A model generated the notes under the pieces. That model saw only the letters and a program-made list of their open reading frames with translations, did no database searches and was not told the origin of the DNA. A program made the position numbers and the translations under genes. A stretch of DNA of 64,000 nucleotides from the human T2T-CHM13v2.0 reference genome, Homo sapiens. Below are positions 12,509-26,600 of the stretch, piece by piece. Within the stretch, counting starts at the first letter, position 1. Each line of letters opens with the position of its first letter. Location: NCBI RefSeq assembly GCF_009914755.1, contig NC_060927.1. One strand, 5' to 3'.

Positions 12509-15500
12509 TATTAAATGGAGTAGAACGGAAAGGAGTGGAATGGAGTTTAGTGGAGTGGCATGGAATGGAGTGGAATGGAGATGATTTGAGTGGTTTGGAA
12601 TTGAATGGGATGGAGTAGAGTGGATTGGGTAGAGTGAATGGGAATCGAATGGAATGGAAAGGATTGGAATGGAATGGAGTGAAAGGGCGTGGAATGGATT
12701 GGAATGGAATGGAATAGAATGGAATGGAATGGAAAGGAATGGAATGGAAAGGAATGGAATGGATTGGAATGGAATGGAATGGAATGGAATGGAATGGAAT
12801 GGAATGGAACAGAGTGGAGTGGAATGGAACGGAATGGAATGGAATCGAGTGGAATGGAATAGAAAGAAATGGAATGGAATGGAATGGAGTGTAATGGAAT
12901 GGACTGGAGTGGAGTGGAATGGAATGGAATTGAATGAAATGAAGAGGAATAGAATCAAATGGAAGGGAAATGAAGGGATTGGAATGAAATTGAATGGAGT
13001 GGAATGGAGAGCAGAGGAATAGAACGGAATGGAATGGAGTGGAGTGAAATGGAATGGAGTGGAAAGGAATGGATTAGATTGTAAAGGAGTGCAGTGGATT
13101 GGAACAGAATGGAGTTGAATGGAATAGAGTGGAAAGTAATGGAACAGAGTGCAGTGGAATGGAACGGAATGGAATGGAAAGGAATGAAATGGAATGGAAT
13201 GGAATGGAGTGGAGTAGATAGGAATGGAACTGAGTGGACTGGAATGGAATGGAACGGAATGGAATAGATTGGAGTGGAGTGGAGTGGAGTGGAGTGGATT
13301 GTGGTCGAGAGGAATTGAATGGAATGGAATGGAATGGAATGGAACAGAATTTAATGGAATGCAGTGCAGTAGAGTGGAGTGGAGTGGAATGGAATGGACC
13401 GGAATGGAAAAGATAGAAATGGAGTGGAATTGATTTGAATGGAATTGATGGGAGTGGAATGGAATGGAGTGGAGTGGAGTGAAGTGGAATGGAATGGAAT
13501 CGAATAGATTGGAATGCAGTGTAGTGGGTTGGGGTGGAATGCAATGGAGTGGAGGGATGCGGATTGGAAAGGAATGGAATGGAAAGGAATAGAAGAGAAT
13601 GAAATGGATTGGAGTGGAGTGTAGTGGAATGGAATGAAATGGAATGGAGTGGAATGGAATGTAGTGGGGTGGAGTGTAATGGAATGGAGTAGAGTGAAGT
13701 GGAAGGGAATGGAATGGAGTGGAATGCAATGGAATGGAGTTGGGTGGAGTTGAATGGAGAGGAAAGTAGAGAAATGGAATTGAGTGGAATGAAAGTGATA
13801 AGAGTGGAATGGAGTGGAATGGAATGGAATGGAATGAAAGGGATAAGAATGGAATGAAGAGAAATGGAATGAAATGGAATGGAGTGGAATGGAGGAGATT
13901 GGACTGGAGTGGAGTGGAGTGGATTGGGGTAGAGTGGGGAGGAATGGAGTGGAAAAGAATGGAGTAGAGTTGAGTGGAATGGAATGGATTGGAGTGGATT
14001 TGAGTGGAATGGAATGGACTGGAATGGAATGGAATGGAATGGAATGATGTGGAATGGAATGGAGTGGAGAGGAGTGGAGTGGAATGAAGAGGAGAGGACT
14101 GGAATGGAATGGAATGGCATGAAACGGAATGGAACGGAATGGAATGGAGAGGAGGGGATTGGAGTGAATTGGAATGGAGTGGAAGGTAGTGGAGTGCAGT
14201 GGATTGGAATAGAATATAGTCGAATGGAAAGGAAAGGAATGGAACGGAATGTAATGGAGTGGAGTGGTGTTGAATGGAATTGAGTGGAGTGGAAGTCATG
14301 GAATGGAATGGAGTGGACTGGAGAGGAGTTGGGTCGAGTGAAATGGAATGGAATGGAATGGAGTGGAGTGGAATGGAATGAAATTCAATGGAATGGAATG
14401 AAATGGAATGGATAGGAAAGGAGTGGAATGATCAGAATGGAATGGATTTGAATGGAATGGAATGGAATGTAGAGGAATGGAGTGGAATTGGGTGGAGTGC
14501 AATGGAATGGAGTGGAGTAATGTGGCATGGCACGGAATGGAATGGAAAGGAATAGAACGGAATGAAATGGATTGGAGTGGAGTGGAGTGAAATGGAGTGG
14601 AGAGGAGTGAAATGGAAAGGAATGGAATGGAATAGAATAGAATGGAATGGAGTAAATTTGAATGGAATGGGATGGAGTGGAGTGGAATGGAATGGAATGG
14701 AGTGGAGAGGAGTGGAATGGAATTTAGTGGAGTGGAAGATCATGGAATAGAATGGAGTGGAGTGGAGTGGGGTCGAGTAAAATGGAATGGAATGGAGTGG
14801 AGTGCTGTGGAATGGAATACAATGGAATGGATTGGAAAGGAATGGAATGGAATGGAGTGGAGTGGAATGAAAATCCATGGAGTAGAGTGGAATGGAATGG
14901 AGTGGAATGGAATGGAGTGTAACGAAATGGAATGGAATGGAATAGAGTGGAATGGAATGGAATTCAACTGAACGGAATGGAATGCATTGGAATGGAATGG
15001 AATTCAATTGAATGGAATGGAATGCAATGGAATGGAATGGAAAGGAATTGAATTCCGTGGAATGGAATGGAATTGACTGAAATGTAATGGAATGAAGTGG
15101 AATGGAGGGGAATGGAATGGCATGAATGGGAGTGGAATGGAACGTTATGTAATGGAATGGAATGGCATAGAATGGAGTGGAGTGGAATGGAATGGAGTGG
15201 AGTGGAATGGAATGGAGTGGTGTGGAATGAAATGGAATGGAGTGGAATGGAGTGGAGCGTAATGGAATGTAATGGAAAGGAATGGAAACGAATAGAATGA
15301 AATGGAATGGAATGGAATGGAATGGAATGGAGTGGAAGGTAAAGGAGGGGAGTGGAGTGTAAAGGAGTGGAATGGACTGGAATCGAATGAAATGGAAAGA
15401 ATAGGAGTGGAATGGAATGGAGTGGAATGCAATTGATTTAAGTTGAGTGGAATGGAGTGGAGTGGAATGCAAGGGAATGGAGTGTGTTGGAAAGGAATGG

Positions 15501-18500
15501 AATGAAATGGAGTGGAGTGCAATGAATTGGTATGGAATGGAATGGAGTGTAGGGGAATTGAATGGAATGGAGTGGAATGGAAAGGAATGGAATGGGGAGG
15601 ACGGGAGTGGGGTGGAATGGAATGGAATGAAGTGAAGTGGAAAGGAATGGAACTGAATGGAGAGGAGTGGAATGGAACGGAGTGGAATGGATTTGAGTGG
15701 AATGGAATGTAGTGGATTGGAATGGAATGGAGTGGAATGGAGTGCAGTGGAATGGAAGGGAACAGAGTGGAGTGGAAAGGAATTGAAAGGAACGGAATGA
15801 AGTGGAATGGAACGGAGTGGAAAAGAATGGAACCGAACAATGTGGAATTGAAAGGAGTGGAGTGGAATGGAATGGAATGGAAAGAAGGGGAGTAGAGAGC
15901 AAATGAATGGAGTGGAATGGAGTGGAGTCGAATGGAATGGAACGGAATGGAGTAGAAAGGAATTGAATGGAATGGAACGAATTGAATGGAATAGAAAGTA
16001 AAGGAATCGAATGGAGAGGAGTGGATTGGAGAGGAATGGAATGGAGTGGAATGCAGTGGAGTGGAAAGGATTGGAATGAAGTGTAGTGGAATGGAATGGA
16101 AGGGAGCAGAATGGAATGGAGTGTAGTGGAATCAAATGGAATGAAGAACAATGGAATGGAATGGAATGGAATGAAATGGAGTGGAATGGAGTGGAGTGGA
16201 ATGGAATCAGATGGAGTAGAGTGAAATGGAAAGGAATTCCATGGAATCGAATGGAATGGAATAGACTGGTGAAGAATGGATTGGAATGGAAACGAATGAA
16301 ATGCAACAGAATGGACAGGAGTGGAATGGAAAGGAATGGAGTGGAATGGAATGGAGTGGAATGGAATGGACTGGAGTGGAAAGGAATGGAGTGGAATGGA
16401 ATGGAGTGGAATGGAATGGACTGGAGTGGAAAGGAATGGAGTGGAATGGAATGGAGTGGAATTGAATGGAGTGGAGTGGAATGGAATGGAGTAGAATCTA
16501 GAGCAGTGGAATGGAATTGAACGGTGTAGAATAGAATGGAATGGAATTTTGTGGAATGGAACGGAGTGAAATGGAATGGAGTGGAGTGTATTGGAGTGGA
16601 GTGCAATGCAATGGAATGAAGTGGAATGGAATGGAGTGGAATAAAATGGAATGGAGTGTAGTGGAATTCAAAGGAGTGTAATGGAATGGAGTAGAATGGA
16701 ATGGAATGGAATTAAGTGTAGTTGAATGGAATGGAATGGAGTGTAATGGAATGGAGTGGAATGGAAAGGAAAGAAGGGTAGTGCAATAGAACAGACTGGA
16801 ATGGAGTGGAGTGCAAAGAAATGGAACGGAGTGGAGCGGAATGGAATGGAAAGGAATGGATTGGAAAGAAATGGAATGAGGTGAAGTGCAATGGAATGGA
16901 ATGGAATGGAGTGGAATAGAATGAAATGGAATGGAGTGTGGTGGAGTGGAATGGAATTGAGTGGAGTTGAAAAGATTTGAATGTAATGGAATGGAGTGGA
17001 GTGGAGCGGTGTCGCGTTGCATATAATGGAATGGAGTGGAGTGATATGGAATGGAATTCAATACAATGGAATGGAATGGAACTTAGTGGAATGGAATTGA
17101 GTGGAATGGAACGGAAGGGAGTATAGTGGAATGGAATTGAACGCAAACGAACGGAAAGGAATGGAATGGAATGGGATGGAAAGGAATGAAATAGAATGGA
17201 GTGTAATGGAGTTGCGTGGAATGGAATGGTATGGAGTTGCGTGGAATGGAATGCAATTTTATGGAATGGAAAGGAATGGAATGGAAAGGAATTGAAAGGA
17301 GTGGAGTGGAGTAGAGTAGAGTGGAATCGAATGAAATGGAATGGAATGGAGTGTAATTTAACATAAAGGAGGGGAGACAAGTGGCATGGAATACAGTGGA
17401 ATGGCATGGAATGGAGTGGAGTAGAATGGAATGGAAGGGAATGGAGTGGAGTGGAATCGTATGGAGTGTAATGGAATGGAATGGAGTGGAATGGAATGGA
17501 GTTGAGCGGAGCGGAATCGAGTAGAGGGGAATGGAGTAGAGTGGAATAGAATGGAATGGTGTGTGGTGGAATGGAATGGAATGGAATGGAATGGAATGGA
17601 GTCGAGTGCAATGGAGTGGTTTCGAATGGAAAGGAGTGTACTGGAATGGAATGGAAGGTAATGGAGTGTAGTGGGGAAGAATGGAGCGGAGTGGAGTGGA
17701 ATGTAATGGAGTGGAATGGAGTGGAGTGGAATGGAATGGAACGGATTTGAGTTTAATGGAATGGAAGGAAATGGAATGGAATCGACTTGGGAGAAGGGGA
17801 ATATGGTGGAATGGAATGGAGTTGAGTGGAATGGAATGGTGTGGAATGGAATGGAATGGAGTGGAGCGGAATGGAATGCAGTGTATTAGAGTGGAGTGGA
17901 ATGGAATGGAACGGATTTGAGTGGAATGGAATGGAGTGGAGGTATATAAATTGGTATGCAATGGAATGGAATGGAATGGAATGGAAAGGAATGGAATGGA
18001 ATGGAATGGAGGTTAATGGAGTGGAATGGAATGGAATGGAATGGAATGGAATGGAATGGATTGGAGTGAAATGGAATGGAATGGGAAGGAGTGCAGTTGA
18101 ATGGAGTGGAGTGGAGTGGAAAGGAATGGAATGGAATGGAATGGAGGGGACGGAATGGAATGTAACGGAATGTAGAAGAGGGGAGTGGAGTGGAATGTAA
18201 TGGAGTGGAATGTAGTGGAGAGTAGTGATTTGAATGGAATGGGGTGGAATGGAATGGAATGCAGTCGAAAGGAATGGAGTGGAGTGGAATGGCATGGAAT
18301 GGAGTAGAATGAAATGGATTAGAATGGAATGGAGTGGAATGGAATGGAACGTATTGTGGAGGAATGGAATGGAATGAAATGGAGTGGAATGGAGTGAAAT
18401 GGAGTGGAATGGTGTGGAGTGGAATGGAATAGATTGGAGTGGATTGGTGTGGAATGGAGTTGAATGGAGTAGAGTGGAATGGAATGGAGTGGAATGGAGT

Positions 18501-21265
18501 TGAGTGGAGTGGAATGGAGTGGATTGGAATGGAGTTGAGTGGAGTGGAATGGAATGTAATGGAGAGGAGCTGAGTTGAGTGGAAAGGGATGGAGTGGAGT
18601 GGAATGGAATGGAATGGAATTTTGTTAGAATTCAATGGAATGGAATGTAGTGGAGTGGAATCTGATGGAATGGATTGGAATTGAATGGAATGCAATCCAA
18701 TGGAATGGAGTGGAAAGGAGTGGAGTGGAGTGGAGTGGAGTGGAGTGGAATGGAATGGAGTTAAGGCAAGTGGAACTGAATGGAATGTAGTAGAGTGGAG
18801 TGGATTGCAATGTAATGTAAAGGAATGATATGCAAATAGTGGAATGGAATGGAATGGAATGGAATGAGTGGGGTGGAGTGGAATGCAATTAAGTGGAGTG
18901 GAAACGAATAGAATGGAATGGCATGGAATCAAATGGAAGGGAATCGATTGGATTGGATTGGGGTCCAGTGGAATGGAATGAAATGGAGTGGAGTGAAATG
19001 GAATGGAATTCAATGGAATGGAATGGCATGGAATGGATTGGAATGGAAGAGAATGGAATGGAGTGGAAAGGAATGGAACGGAATGGAGTGGAGTGGAATG
19101 GAATGAAATGGAATGGAATGGAGTGGATTGGAATGGAACGGAATGGATCGGAGTGGAATGGAATGGAACGGAATGGAACGGAATGGAGTAGTATGGACTG
19201 GAATGGACTTGAGTGGAGTTGAATGGAATGGAACAGAATGCAGAGGAGTGCAGAGGAATGCAATGGATTGAAATGGAATTTAGAGGAATGCAGTGGAGTG
19301 GAGTAGAATGGAAGGGAGTGGAATGGAACGCAGTGGAAAAGAATGTAACAGTGTGGAGGGTTGTGGAATTTAATGGAGTGGAATGGAATGGAATATAATC
19401 GAATGGAGTGGAACAGAATGGAACGGAAAGGAAGGGAGTGGAATGCAATCGAACAGAATGGAATGGAGTGGAATGGAATGGAACGGTGTGGAGTAGAATG
19501 GAATGGAGTGGAATAGAATTTAGTGGAATGGAATGGACTGGATTGGAGTGGAATAGAATGGAACAGGGTATAGTGGAGTGGAACTGAATAGAGTGGAATT
19601 GAATGGAGTGGAGTGGAGTGGATTGCATTGGAATGGAATGGAATGGAGTGTAATGGAATGGAATCGAATGGAACGGAATGGGTTGGAGTGTAATGGAATG
19701 CAGTGGGATGGAATAGAGTGGAATGGAATGGAGTGGAGTGGAGTGGAGTGGAGTGGAATACAATAGAGTGGAATAGAGTGGAGTGGAGTGGAATGGAATG
19801 GAAAGGAATGGAATCGAATGGAATGGAATGGAGTGGAATGGAATGGAATGGGATGGAATGGAACGGAATGGAGGGGAGTGCAATGGAATTATGTGGAGTG
19901 GAGTGGAATTTAGTGGAATGGAATGGACTGCAATGGAATGGAATTGAGCGGAGTGGAATGGAATGGAATGGAATGAAATGGAATGGAATGGAATGGAATG
20001 CAATGGAATGGAATCAAATGGAATGGAATGGAATGGAGTTAAATGGAACGGAATGGAAAGGAATGGAATGGAACGGAATAGAGTGCAGTGCAGTGGAGTG
20101 GAAAGGAATGGATTGGAGTGTAATGGAGTGGAATGGATTTAGTGGAGTGGAGAGCAGAGGACTGGGCAAGAGTGGATTGGAGTTGAGTGGAAAGGAATAG
20201 AGTGTAGCAGAATGGAATTAAATGGAGGGTAATAGAGTGGAGTGCTATTCAAAGGAGTGGATTGGAGTGCAGTTCAATGGAATGGAGTGGAATGGAAAAG
20301 AATGTAATGGAACACAATGGAGTGGAGTGGAATGGAATAGAGTGGAATGAATTGGAGAGGAGTGGAACAGAGTGGAGAGCAGTGGAACAGAATGGAATAT
20401 AGTGGAATGGAATGGTTTGGAATGAAATGGAGTGTATTGGAATGGATTAGATTGCAATGGAGGGGAATGGAATGACATTGAATTTAATGGAATGCAATGG
20501 AATTGAAAAGAAAGGAGTGGAATGGAGTGGAATGGAATGGAATGGAATGGAACTGAATGGAATGGAATTGAACGGAGTGTAATGGATTGGAGTGGAATGG
20601 AAAGGAGTGGAGCAAAGTGTAGTGGAATGGAATGGAATGCAATAGATTGGATTGGAATGGAGGGGAGTGGAATGGAATGGAGAGGAGTGGAGTGGAATGT
20701 AAAAAAGGAATGGAATGGAGTGGAGTGTGATGGATTGGAGTCGAGTGGAATGTAATAGAATGGAGTGGTGTGGAGTGGTTTGGAGTGGATTTGAATGTAG
20801 TGCTGTGGAATAGAATGGAGTGCAGAGCAGTTTAGTGGAAATGAATGGATTCGAGTGGATTGGAATGCAGCAAAATTGGGAGAAGTGGAATGGAATGGAG
20901 TGGAGAGGTATGGGAGGGAATGGAGTGGAATAGAGTGGGAGGGAATGGAGTGGATTGGAGAGTGGTGGAATGAGTAGGAGTGGAGTGGAATGGAATGGAC
21001 AGGAGTGGTGTGGAGTGGAATGGAATGGAGTAGAAAGGAAAGGACTGGAGAGGAATGGAATGGAATGGAGTGGAGTGGAATGGAGGGGAATGGAGTGGAG
21101 TGGAACGGATTGGAAAGGAATAGAGTGGAGTGGAATGGAGTGGAGTGGAATGGAATTTAGTAGTATGGAGTGGAGTGGAGTGGAGTGGAGTGGAATGGAA
21201 TGGAATACAATGGAGTGCAATGGAGTGGAGTGGAGTGGAGTGGAATGGAGTGGAATGGTGTGGAA

Positions 21266-21410
21266 TGGACTGGAATAGAATTTAATGGAATGGAATGGAG
21301 TGGAGCCGAGTGGAGTGGAGTGGAGTGGAATAGATTGGAATGGACTGGAATATAATTTAATGGAATGGAATGGAGTGGAGCAGAGTGGAGTGGAGTGGAG
21401 TGGAATAGAG
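21266..21410 (+). repeat. 75-bp near-exact tandem duplication
   Basis: TGGACTGGAATA(G/T)AATTTAATGGAATGGAATGGAGTGGAGC(C/A)GAGTGGAGTGGAGTGGAGTGGAATAGA at 21266 and 21341. Confidence 0.85.
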
Positions 21411-23499
21411 TGTAGTGTAGTGGAAAGGAATAGATTGGAATGGAATGGAATGGAATGGATTTAAACGGAATGGAGTGGAATGGAATGGATTAGAATGGAA
21501 TGGAGTGCAGTGGATTTGAATAGAATGGAATGGAATGAAGTGGAAGGGAATAGAATGGAATGGAATGGAGTGGATTGGAATGCAATGGAATGGAATGGAG
21601 AGGAATGGAATGGAGAGGAGTGGATAGGAGTGGAGTGGAATAGAACGGAGGGGATTAGAGTGGAATGGAGTGGAGTGGACTGGAATGGAATGGAGTGAAG
21701 TGGAATGGAGTGGAATGGAATGGAGTGGAATGCAGTGGAGTAGAGTTTAGTGTACTGGAATGGAATGGAATGGATTAGAGTGTAGTGGAGTGAGTGGAGT
21801 GGAGTGGAGTGGAATGGAATGGAATGGAAGGAATGGAATGGAATGGAATGGATTGGAGTGGAAAGAAGTGGAGTGGAATGGAATGGAATGGAATGGAGTG
21901 GAATGTAATGGAAGGGAATGGAATGTAATCGAGTGGAGTGGAATGGAATGGAATGGATTCGAATGTAATGTAATGGAGTGGAGAAGAGTGGAGTGGAATG
22001 GCATGGAATGGAATTTAATTGAATGGAATGGAGTGGAGTGGAGTGGAATGGAGTGGAGTGGAGTGGAATGGAATTGAGTGGAATGGTATCAATTGGAATT
22101 GAATGGGGTGGAGTGGAGTGGAGTGAAAAGGGGTGGGATGTAATGGAGTGGAGTGGAGTAGAGAAGATTGGAGTGGAGAGGACTCGCATGGAATGGAATG
22201 GAATGGAATGGAGTTAAATGGAATGGAGTGAAATGGAACCGAATGGAATGGAATGGAATAGAATGGAGTGAAGTGGAGTGGAATGGAATGTAATGGAATG
22301 GATTGGAATGGAAGGAATGGAGTTGAGTGGAGTTGAATGGAATGGAGTGGAGTGGAGTGGAAATGAGTAGAGTTGAGTGGAATTGAGTGACATGAAGTGG
22401 AGGGGAGTGGAGTTTATTGAGGTGGAATTCAGTGGAACATAATGGAAGAAAATGAATTGAATGGAATGGAGTTAAATGAAATGGAGTGTAATGGAATGGA
22501 GTGGAATGGAATGGATTGCAGTGGCATGGAATGGAATGGAGTGGATTTTAATGGAATGAAATGGAATGGAATGGAATGGAATGGGGTGGAGTGGAGCCGA
22601 GTGGAAAGGAATGGAGTATAGTCTTGCCGAGTTGAGTGAAGTGAAGTGGAGTGGAGTGGAATGGAATGGAATGAAGTGGAGTGCACTGGAGTGGAGTGGA
22701 ATGGAATTGAGTGGAATTGAGTGGAATGATATGGAATGGAATGGAGTGGAATAGAGTGGAGTGGAATGGGATGGGATGTAATGGAGTGGAGTGATGTGCA
22801 GAAGAGTGGAGTGGAGAGGAATTGCATGGAATGGAATGGAATGAAATGGAGTTAAATGGGATGGAGTGGAACGGTATGGAGTGGAATTGAATGAAACGAA
22901 ATGGAGTGGAGTGGAATGGAATGGAATGGAATATATTGGAATGGAGTTGAGTGGAGTTGAATGGAATGGAGTGGAGTGGAGTGAAACAGTGTGGGGTGGA
23001 ATGGAGTGGAGTGGAGTAGAGAGAAGTGGAATGGAATGCAGTAGAGTGGAATGGAATGGAGTGGAGTGGAGTGGAATTCAGTGGAATGAAGTGGAGTGGA
23101 TTTCAGTGAGGTGGAGTCAAGTGGAAGAGAATGGAATGGAAAGGAATGGAATGGAATGGAGTCGAATGGAATGGAACGGAATGGAGTTAAATGAAATGGA
23201 GTGGAATGGAATGGAGTGGAACGGAATGGAGTGCAGTGGCATGGAATGGAATGGAGTGGAGTGGAATGGAATGAAAGTGGATGGAATGGAATGGGGTGGA
23301 TTGGAGTAGAGTGGAATAAAATGGAGTAGAGTCTTGTAGAGTTGATTGAAGTGGAGTGGAATGGAGTGGGAAGGAATGGAATGGAGTGGGGTGGAGAGGA
23401 TTGGAGTGGAATGGAATGGAGTGTAGTGAAATGGAGTGGAGTCAAGAGGAATGGAAAGGTATGGAGTGAAGAGGAATGAAAGGGAATGGAGTGGAATGG

Positions 23500-26400
23500 A
23501 GTGGATTGGAATGGAGATGAATGGACTGGGGGGAATGGAGTGAAGTGGAGAGGATTGGAATGGAGTGGAGTGGAATGGAATGGAGTGGAATGGATTGGAA
23601 TTTAGTGGAGTGGATTGGAATGAAATGGAATGGAATGGAGCGGAGTGGATTAGACTAGAGTGGAATGGAATGAAGAGGAGCAGAGTGGAGTGAAGTGGAG
23701 TGGATGGTAGTGGGATGGAATGGAATGGAGTTTAGTGGAGTGGAGAAGAATGGAATGAAGTGGAATGGTGTGGAGTGAAGGGGAGTGCAGTGGAGTGGAA
23801 TCGAGTGGAATGGAATGGAGTCGGGTGAAGTGAAATAAAATGGAATGGGGTGGAATGGAGTGGAATGGAATGGAATGGAATGCAATGGATTGGAATGTAG
23901 AGGAGTTTAGAGCAGTAGAGTGGAGTGGAATGGAATGGAATTGAATGGAGTAGAGGGGAGTGGTGTGGAGTTGAGTTTAGTGTAGTGGAATGGAGAGGAG
24001 TGGGGAAACGTGGAGTTGAGTGGAGTGGAGTGGAATGCAACGGAGTGTAATGGAATGGAAGGGAATGGAGTGGAGTGGAATGGAATGGAATGGAATGGAA
24101 TGGAATGGAATTGAATGGAATGGAACGGAACAGAATGGATTGGAGTGGAATGGAGTTTAGTGTAGTGGAATGGAATTGAGTGAATGGAATGGAATGGAGT
24201 GGAGTGGAGTGGAATGGAATGGAATTGAGAAGAAAGGTATGGAATGGAATGCAGTGGAGTGGAGTGGAGTGGGATGGGATGGAATGGAGTGGAATGCAGT
24301 GGAGAAAATTGGAGTGGGGTGGAATGGCATGGAATGGAATGTAAAGGAATGCAGATAAATGGAATGGAGTGGAATGGAATGGAGTGTAGTGGAATGGAAA
24401 GGAATGGAGTCGAGTGGAAAGGAATGGAATGGAATGGAGTGGAGAGGAGATGAATGGATTGGAGTGGAGTGGAGTGGAGTGAAGCAGAGTGCTGTGAAAT
24501 GGAGAGAAGTGGAGTGGAGTGGAGAAGAATGGAATGGAGTGGAGTGGAGTGGAAATGAATGGAGTGAAGAGGACTGGACTGGAGTTTAGTGACTTGGAGT
24601 TGCGTGGAACTGAATGGAATGGAAAGGAATGGAATGGAGTAGAATGGAGTGGAATAGAATGGAATGGATTTAAATGGAATGGAGTTGAATCGAATGCAGT
24701 GGAACAGAATGGAGTGCAGTGGCATGGAATGGAATGTAGTGCAGTGGAACGGAATGAAAACGGATGGAATGGAATGGAGTGGAGTGGAGTAGCGTGGAAT
24801 GGAAAGGAGTGGAGTCTTGTGGATTTGAGTGAAGTGGAGTGGAATGGAGTGGAATGGAATGGAATGGTGTGGGGCAGAAGGAGTGAAGTGGAAAGGAATG
24901 GAGTGGAGTGGAGTGAAATGGTTTGGAGCCGAGAAGAATGGAAAGGAGTGGAGTAAAGTGGAAGAAAATTGAATGGAGTGGAATGGAGTGGATTGGAATC
25001 GAGTGGAATGGACCGGAGTGGAATGGAATGAAGTGGAGAGGATTGGAATGGAATGGAATGTAGTGGAGTGGATTGGAATGAAATGGAATTGAATGGATTG
25101 GAGTGGAGTGGAGAGGACTGGAATGGAATGGAATGGAGTGGAGTGGAGAGGAGTGAAGTGGAGTGGAGGATAGTGGGATGGAATGGAATGGAGTTTAGTG
25201 GAGTGGAGAAGAATGGAATGGAGTGCACTGGAGTGGAATGGAGAGGAGTGAAGTGGAAAGGAGTGAAGTGGAGTGGAGTGAATTGGAGTGGAGTTGAGTG
25301 GAATCGAGTGGAATGTAATGGAGTGGAGTGAAGAGGAATAAAATGGAATGGAGTGGAATGGAGTGGAATGGAATGGAACGGAGAGGAGTTTAGAGCAGTG
25401 GAGTGGAGTGGATTGGAATGGAATCGAATTGAATGGAGTGGAGGGGAGTGCCATGGACTTGAGTTTAGTGTAGTGGAATGGAGTGGAGTGGGGTAGCGTG
25501 GAGTTGAGTGGAGTGGAGTGGAATGGAATGGAGTATAACGGAGTGGAGTGGAATGGAGTGCATTGGAGTGGAATGGAATGGAATCGAATCGAATCAAATG
25601 GAGTGGAAAGGAATGGAATTTAGTGGATTGGAAAGGAATTGAGTGGAATGGTATGGAATGGAATGGAATGGAGTAGAGTGGAGTGGAGTCGAATGGAAAT
25701 GAGTGGAATGGTGTGGAATGGAATTGAATGGAGTGGAGTAGAGTGGAATGGAGTGGAACGGGATGGGATGCAATGGAGTAGAGTGCAGTGGAGAATATTG
25801 GAGTGCAGTGGAATGGCATGGAATGGAATGGAATGGAATGTAAAGGAACTGAGTTAAATGGAATGGAGTGGAATGGAATGGAGTGCAATGGAATGGGGTG
25901 GAGTGGAGTGGAAAGGAATGGAGTGGAGTGGAATGGAAGGGAATGGAATGGAGTGGAGTGGAGTTGAATGGATTGGAGTGGCGTGGAATGGAATGCAATG
26001 AAGCGGAGTGGTGTTGAATGGAGAGCAGTGGAGTGTAGTGGAGTGGAATGGAATGCAGTAGAGTGGAAAGGAATGGAGTGGAGTTGAAAGGATCGGAGTG
26101 GAGAGGAGTAGAATTGAGTGGAGTGAAGAGGAGTGGACTGGAGTTTAGTGGCGTGGAGTCGCGTGGAACAGAATGGAACGGAAAGGAATGGAATGGAGTA
26201 GAATGGAGTGGAATGGAATGGAATGGAGTTAAATGGAATGGAGTTGAACGGAATGGAGTAGAATGGAATGGAGTGAGGGGGAATGGAATGGAATGTAGTG
26301 GAGTGGAATGGAATTGAATCAGATGGAATGGAATGAGGTGGAGTGGAGCCGAGTGGAATGGAATTGAGGGGAGTCTTGTGGAGTGGAGTGATGTGGAGTG

Positions 26401-26600
26401 GATTGGAGTGGAAAGGAATAGAATAGAGTGGAGCGGAGTGGAGTGGAGTGGAATGGAATGGAGTGGAGTGGAGTGAAATGGAGTGGGGTTAAGGGGAATG
26501 GAAAGGAGTGGATTGAATTGGAATGAAATGGATTGGAGTGGTATGGAGTGGACTGGAATGGACTGGAAGGGACTGGAGTGGAAAGGAATGAAGTGGAGAG
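23500..26600 (+). repeat. ~1.5 kb-period diverged tandem duplication in a GGAGT-rich domain
   Basis: Collinear markers: TAGTGGGATGGAATGGAATGGAGTTTAGTGGAGTGGAGAAGAATGG near 23707 and 25171; GAGTTTAGAGCAGT at 23903 and 25386; CGTGGAGTTGAGTGG near 24009 and 25497; GGACTGGAGTTTAGTG...GCGTGGAAC near 24577 and 26135; GAGTCTTGTGGA near 24812 and 26371. Confidence 0.8.
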
